Shown here: one piece after another, positions 59,383-64,000 of the stretch
Layout: the number at the start of each line of letters is the position of its first letter
Position numbering within the stretch: the first letter of the stretch is position 1
Origin: an uncultured delta proteobacterium
Lineage (GTDB): Bacteria; Desulfobacterota; Syntrophorhabdia; Syntrophorhabdales; WCHB1-27
NCBI GenBank assembly: GCA_963810935.1
Contig: CAWEPK010000010.1
Span: 297,208 to 361,207, forward strand
DNA: 64,000 nt
Direction: 5' to 3'
Program-made: the position numbers and the translations under genes
Notes under the pieces: model-generated
Seen by the model: the letters and a program-made list of their open reading frames with translations, nothing else
What the model was told of the DNA's origin: nothing
Databases searched by the model: none

Positions 59383-61004
59383 GGTCCCTCCCTGAAGGTA
59401 CGCGATACCGCGCTTGCGGCAAGGCGGGAAAAACGCTTGCGCAGGTCCTCTTTCGCGGTCCCGCTTCGTATGAAATCCCAAGGGAAAAGCTCGTCTTCCC
59501 TCCGCTGCCTCGTTACGTAAAAATTGAGATTGACCGGGCTTTCCCGCATCACGCGGGCGAGCGGCACACCCTCCGACAGGCGCTCGACTATGTCCCCCAC
59601 CCGCCTGTCGCCCCTTGCGAAAACGCCCTGGAGAAAGCTGTATTTGACCGATTCGTGCGTAAAATGCGTGTTCGCCACCTTGCCAAGCCCCTTCTTCAGC
59701 ACCGCCACCTTTTCCTTGAGTGCCTTCATCTCCTCCATCGGGAGCCATTGAAAGGGGGTTGCGGCCTTGGGCACGAAAGGGCTCGCGTGGACCGTGACCG
59801 ATCCTATCCTGCCTTTTTTGGCCGCCCTTTTGACGAGGAGGTGGAGGATATGATTCACGAGGTCGACGATCGCGTCTATGTCCTGTCTGTCCTCGCCCGG
59901 CAGACCTATCATGAAGTAGAACTTGAAGTGGAAAGACTTTATCTCTGCCATCGCCTCGATCCGGTCGGCTATCTCCCGGTCCGTCATAGGCTTGCCTATG
60001 CGCCTCCGCAAACTTTCGGAGCCGGCCTCGATGCCGAAGGTGAGCGTTTTGATCGTCCCTTTCAACGCCTCTATGACGGGCAGCGGAACCTCGTCGAGCC
60101 GCAGCGACGGGAGGTGGACCCTGTAGCCCGCACCTGACAGCCTCTCCACGATCTCGCCCAGTTGCGGGTGGAAGGAGACGCCGCCGCCTATGATGCCTAC
60201 GTCTTTAACGTCGCCCCCGATCTCGTCAAGGCTGTCGGAGATAAACGGGTAGATGTTGCCGCAGAGGCAGAAGGCGCAGGCCGAAGGGCACCCCCTGGCC
60301 CCCTCGACGAGCAGCATGTCGGAAAATTCGGTGTCGCTGCTGACTATGGCGGATGCGGCAAGGCGTTTCCCCCGGTACCGCTCTGTGGCGACGTGAAAAT
60401 CTGGCGGGTTGAACACCCCCACGGTGCCGTCTTCCCGGTAGGCGACATCGAGGCGCGAGGGATTGTAGACCCAGGGGAAAGCGGAAAGCTCTTCTATGGC
60501 CCCGCTCCTTCCCTTGCCGCGAACCTGCAAATACCGCTCGATGAAATCGGGTACGCAGGACTCCACGTCCCCCAGGATGAACAAATCAAAGAAACGCGAA
60601 AGCACCTCCGGGTTAGCCATCGCGCAGATGCCGCCGCCGACAACGATCGGTGCGTGCTCACCCCGCTTTGCCGCAGCGACGGGGATGGCGCTTTCCCTCA
60701 GCATGGCGACCACGTTCGGGTAGTCCATTTCGAATGAAAGGGTGAAGAAGACGATCTCGAACGCCCCGAGGGGACGCCCGCTTTCGATCGAGAGCGCACG
60801 TCCCGGTCCATCTAGAAAGACCCTCTCGCAGACCATGTCGGGCCTCTCGTTGATAGTACGGTAGAGTATGTGGACAGCCAGATTCGACATGCCCACGTAA
60901 TATGTATTGGGAAAGACCACGCAGACAGGCGTTCTGTTCGCCCACTTCTTGAGGACGACCCCCCGCTCGCGCGCGCCGGAACGTATCGGTTTCATCTCCG
61001 GCAA
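59379..61004 (-). CDS. Radical SAM protein (B12-binding-like N-terminus)
   Basis: FPNTYYVGMSNL, RGCPSACAFC, YFMIGLPGE, PFVPKAATPFQW. Confidence 0.85.
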   Translation of the reverse strand: MPEMKPIRSGARERGVVLKKWANRTPVCVVFPNTYYVGMSNLAVHILYRTINERPDMVCERVFLDGPGRALSIESGRPLGAFEIVFFTLSFEMDYPNVVAMLRESAIPVAAAKRGEHAPIVVGGGICAMANPEVLSRFFDLFILGDVESCVPDFIERYLQVRGKGRSGAIEELSAFPWVYNPSRLDVAYREDGTVGVFNPPDFHVATERYRGKRLAASAIVSSDTEFSDMLLVEGARGCPSACAFCLCGNIYPFISDSLDEIGGDVKDVGIIGGGVSFHPQLGEIVERLSGAGYRVHLPSLRLDEVPLPVIEALKGTIKTLTFGIEAGSESLRRRIGKPMTDREIADRIEAMAEIKSFHFKFYFMIGLPGEDRQDIDAIVDLVNHILHLLVKRAAKKGRIGSVTVHASPFVPKAATPFQWLPMEEMKALKEKVAVLKKGLGKVANTHFTHESVKYSFLQGVFARGDRRVGDIVERLSEGVPLARVMRESPVNLNFYVTRQRREDELFPWDFIRSGTAKEDLRKRFSRLAASAVSRTFREGP

Positions 61005-61071
61005 CCTTTATACCCTTCCGCGGACCGCGCGTAAAGACCGGCACGGCCCGGCGCTACTGGGGACAAAGAGA

Positions 61072-62214
61072 TCAATCGGCCTGCTTCCTCAGGAATGTCG
61101 GGATGTCATACCGCTCGTCGTCGATATCGGCGCTCGACGGCCTGGGACGTACGTCCCTGGCCTCCATCTTCGGCGTCCTCCTCAAGTAAGTCGGCATCGG
61201 CTGCTCGTCGAAAAGCTTCTCCGTCCGCCTCTCCGGCCTCTCTTCGCTGAGCGACACCTTTTCCTCGAAGCCCGTCGCGATAACGGTGATCCTTACGGAT
61301 TCGTCCATCGATTCGTCGAAGACGAGGCCCCAGATGACGTGCGCTTCCTCGTGCGCCTGCTCCTGAATGAGCATCGACGCCTCGTTGACCTCGTGCAGCG
61401 TCATGTTCGAGCTGCCCGTGACGTTGATGAGGACGCCCCTTGCGCCATGGATCGATATGTCTTCGAGGAGCGGGCTCGATATGGCCTTCTGCGCCGCTTC
61501 AATGGCCCTCTTGTCTCCGGAGGCCGCACCGACGCCCATGATGGCCAGCCCTTTCTCCCGCATCACGGTCTGGACGTCCTTGAAGTCCACGTTAACGTAC
61601 CCGTCCGATATGATAAGGTCCGATATGCTCCTTACGGCATGCAGGAGCACCTCGTCCGCTTTGAGGAAGGCGTCCTTTATCGTCATGTGTTTGCCGCCGA
61701 CCGACAGAAGCCTCTGGTTCGGGATCGTTATCAGCGTATCGACCTGGTTTTTAAGCTTGAGGAGCCCGTCGTCCGCCTGGAAGTTACGCATCTTTCCTTC
61801 GAAAGCGAAAGGCTTCGTCACGACCGCCACCGTCAGGCAGCCCAGCTCCTTAGATACCTCGGCGATGACCGGCGAAGCACCCGTGCCCGTCCCGCCGCCC
61901 AGGCCGCACGTGATGAAGACCATATCGGCCCCTCTCAGGTGCTCGGCTATCTGCTCGGCGTCTTCCAGGGCCGCCTGCCTCCCGACTTCCGGGTTCGCCC
62001 CTGCACCCAGCCCCCTCGTCAGCTTCGTGCCTATCTGAATCTTGACCGGAGCTTTATTTGCATTGAGGGATTGGACGTCGGTATTCACGGCCACGAACTC
62101 CACACCCTGGAGTCCCCCTTCGACCATGTTATTGATGGCATTGCACCCGCCACCCCCGATGCCCACGACTTTCAGCTTTGCGGAAAACCCGTTGCTCTCA
62201 TCCATGTAGAACAT
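61072..62214 (-). CDS. ftsZ: Cell division protein FtsZ
   Basis: VGIGGGGCNA, GLGGGTGTG, NVDFKDV, C-terminal DIPTFLRKQAD. Confidence 0.98.
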   Translation of the reverse strand: MFYMDESNGFSAKLKVVGIGGGGCNAINNMVEGGLQGVEFVAVNTDVQSLNANKAPVKIQIGTKLTRGLGAGANPEVGRQAALEDAEQIAEHLRGADMVFITCGLGGGTGTGASPVIAEVSKELGCLTVAVVTKPFAFEGKMRNFQADDGLLKLKNQVDTLITIPNQRLLSVGGKHMTIKDAFLKADEVLLHAVRSISDLIISDGYVNVDFKDVQTVMREKGLAIMGVGAASGDKRAIEAAQKAISSPLLEDISIHGARGVLINVTGSSNMTLHEVNEASMLIQEQAHEEAHVIWGLVFDESMDESVRITVIATGFEEKVSLSEERPERRTEKLFDEQPMPTYLRRTPKMEARDVRPRPSSADIDDERYDIPTFLRKQAD

Positions 62215-62225
62215 GTCGCCCTCCC

Positions 62226-63458
62226 TCAGAAGATTTCGTCGATGATCCGCTTTATCTTGCCAAACCCTTTCTCTCTCAACTTCTTGAACAGCTCTCGCCT
62301 CTCGTAAGTCTTGCCCTTGCCCCCGACCAGACCGTAAAGGATGAGGCCCACGCCCGTCGCGTATATGGGGTTGTTCACTACGTCAACCAGGCCGCCGACG
62401 CCTATCGGCAGGCCCTTCCTCACCGGCAGGCTGAACACGCCCTCCGCGAGGTCTACTATGCCCTCGAGGTTCGCGCACCCTCCTGTCAGCACTACGCCCG
62501 ACGCAAGGAGCTTCTCATACCCCGACTTCTTTATCTCCTCGTGTATGAGCGTAAGTATTTCCTCGGCCCTCGGCTCGATGATATCCGCCAGGGTCTTGCG
62601 CATGAGCGTCCTCGGTTTCCTCCCTCCGACGCTCGGCACCTCTATCGTCTCGTTCGCGCCTATCATCTTGGAAAGGGCGCAGCCGTATCTTTTTTTTATT
62701 TTCTCCGCTTCTTCAACCGGCGTGCGCAGCCCTATCGCGATGTCGTTGGTAATATGGCTGCCCCCGAAAGGCAGGATGGCCGTATGCCTGATCGCTCCGT
62801 TGGCATAGACCGCGATATCGCTGGTCCCTCCGCCTATATCGACGACTGCGACGCCTATCTCCGTCTCTTCAGGGGTAAGCGTCGCCTCAGCGGAGGCAAG
62901 CTGCCCGAGGATCAGGTCCTCCACGGAAAGGCCCGCGAGCATGCAACACTTGACGATATTCTGGGTGGAGGTGACGGAGCCGGTAACGATATGCACCTTG
63001 ACTTCGAGGCGCACGCCGCTCATCCCCAGCGGGTCCCTTATGCCGTCCTGGTCGTCAACGATGTATTCCTGCGGAATGACGTGGATAAGGTCCCTGTCCG
63101 CAGGTATGGGCACCGCCTTGGCCGCGTCTATGGCGCGGGTGATGTCGTCCTTGCGCACCTCTTTGTCCTTCACCGCGACTACGCCGTTGGAATTGAAGCT
63201 CTTGATATGCGCCCCGGCGACCCCGGCGAGACAGCCCGCTATCTTGATGCCTGCCATAAGCTCCGCTTCCTCAATGGCCTTCTTCATAGAGCTTACGGTG
63301 CTGTCGATATTGACCACCACGCCCTTGCGCAGGCCCGTTGAGGGATGGGAGCCTATCCCGGCGATATTGACCTTATTATCTACGATCTTGGCCACCACCA
63401 CGCAAATCTTGGTGCTGCCGACATCGAGGCTGACGAGAAATGTTCCGTCCTCTGTCAT
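62226..63458 (-). CDS. ftsA: Cell division protein FtsA
   Basis: LDVGSTKI, DIGGGTSD, VVLTGG. Confidence 0.97.
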   Translation of the reverse strand: MTEDGTFLVSLDVGSTKICVVVAKIVDNKVNIAGIGSHPSTGLRKGVVVNIDSTVSSMKKAIEEAELMAGIKIAGCLAGVAGAHIKSFNSNGVVAVKDKEVRKDDITRAIDAAKAVPIPADRDLIHVIPQEYIVDDQDGIRDPLGMSGVRLEVKVHIVTGSVTSTQNIVKCCMLAGLSVEDLILGQLASAEATLTPEETEIGVAVVDIGGGTSDIAVYANGAIRHTAILPFGGSHITNDIAIGLRTPVEEAEKIKKRYGCALSKMIGANETIEVPSVGGRKPRTLMRKTLADIIEPRAEEILTLIHEEIKKSGYEKLLASGVVLTGGCANLEGIVDLAEGVFSLPVRKGLPIGVGGLVDVVNNPIYATGVGLILYGLVGGKGKTYERRELFKKLREKGFGKIKRIIDEIF

Positions 63459-63459
63459 G

Positions 63460-64000
63460 TCACCCCTTCCTCTCTCTTATGATGGCGCCATTGTCGAAAC
63501 GGGCATCTATGCACTTTATGAGCAGCCCTCTCTTCTTGGCATCCTGAAGCACCGCCATGGCCCGCTTCAGACGGCCGGGCCTCTCTTCCTTGCCGAGTAT
63601 GATCTCGACCCCGTCCGTCAGGCTGTACAGGGTCACGTCTCCCTCGTTGTATACGACTTCCGAGAGGTCGTCTTTCTTTATGATGCCCTGCCTGGCCCAA
63701 CCTGTGACCTGCCTGAATATCCCCCTCGCGTCGGCTTCGTCTCTGGCATTGACGACGAAGAGGTCTTGCGTGCTTCCCTTTCGAAGCCCCCTGAACGGCA
63801 CTCCCTCTTCATCGAGCATCTCTATTTCCCCGCCGGGCCCCACCCAGAGCGCCGAAGCCACCTTCTCCTTGACCTCGATCAGGATTGAAAAGGGGAAAAT
63901 CCTTTTCACCCTGACGTCCCTGATGAACGGATGGGACGTGATCGCTTCCTTCACCTTTCCCATGTCCGTCCGGAAAATACTGTCGTTCAGGAAGGGGTGA
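63460..64000 (-). CDS. ftsQ: Cell division protein FtsQ/DivIB, C-terminal part (truncated by the window edge)
   Basis: HPFIRDVRVKRIFPFSILIEVKE POTRA end, IDARF; directly upstream of ftsA. Confidence 0.85.
   Translation of the reverse strand, partial: HPFLNDSIFRTDMGKVKEAITSHPFIRDVRVKRIFPFSILIEVKEKVASALWVGPGGEIEMLDEEGVPFRGLRKGSTQDLFVVNARDEADARGIFRQVTGWARQGIIKKDDLSEVVYNEGDVTLYSLTDGVEIILGKEERPGRLKRAMAVLQDAKKRGLLIKCIDARFDNGAIIRERKG

Noticed and set aside
58927..59748. 273-aa pentapeptide ORF as given in the track
   Set aside because: The upstream part overlaps the radical SAM gene; the real start is TTG 59382 with an RBS and signal peptide.

Overview
A GC-rich chromosomal window from a diderm anaerobic bacterium. 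It looks Desulfobacterota/deltaproteobacterial-like, but that is inference only. The centrepiece is a ~14 kb co-oriented dissimilatory sulfite reductase locus (8845-23094): dsrA-dsrB-dsrC, a first DsrMK-like pair, a YedF/DsrE-like protein, a second dsrMKJOP, then a Tat-exported split-Soret-type cytochrome, a YeiH/PSE-family exporter, a small 4-Cys protein and a Tat-exported MBL hydrolase. No dsrD, dsrT, dsrN, dsrL, sat, apr or qmo is visible in the window. The locus is preceded by a sigma54 (-24/-12) promoter and a GTTAA-N7-TTAAC site. That site recurs upstream of a Cys-rich PAS sigma54 activator at 25 kb. The usual dsrD position holds a hairpin repeat plus a diverged second copy of the dsrB 3' end, which together form a 45-codon ORF. 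Elsewhere there are redox/metal-cofactor genes (3.5-8.4 kb), MarR-ChrA, envelope-stress genes (HtrA, FtsH, Spy-like, LepB) and a TetR-controlled ABC/TolC efflux operon. An AT-richer islet carries a UxxC selenoprotein with a SECIS-like hairpin that the ORF track missed. The right end holds tmRNA-smpB, selA, rluD, suhB, ogt, a RfaH-like gene, an RCC1/CFI-box-CTERM surface protein, rpsT and ftsQ-ftsA-ftsZ. About eleven genes between 7 and 35 kb are broken by single-base indels or an in-frame stop, mostly at short homopolymers. This is probably long-read error, but real decay is not excluded.
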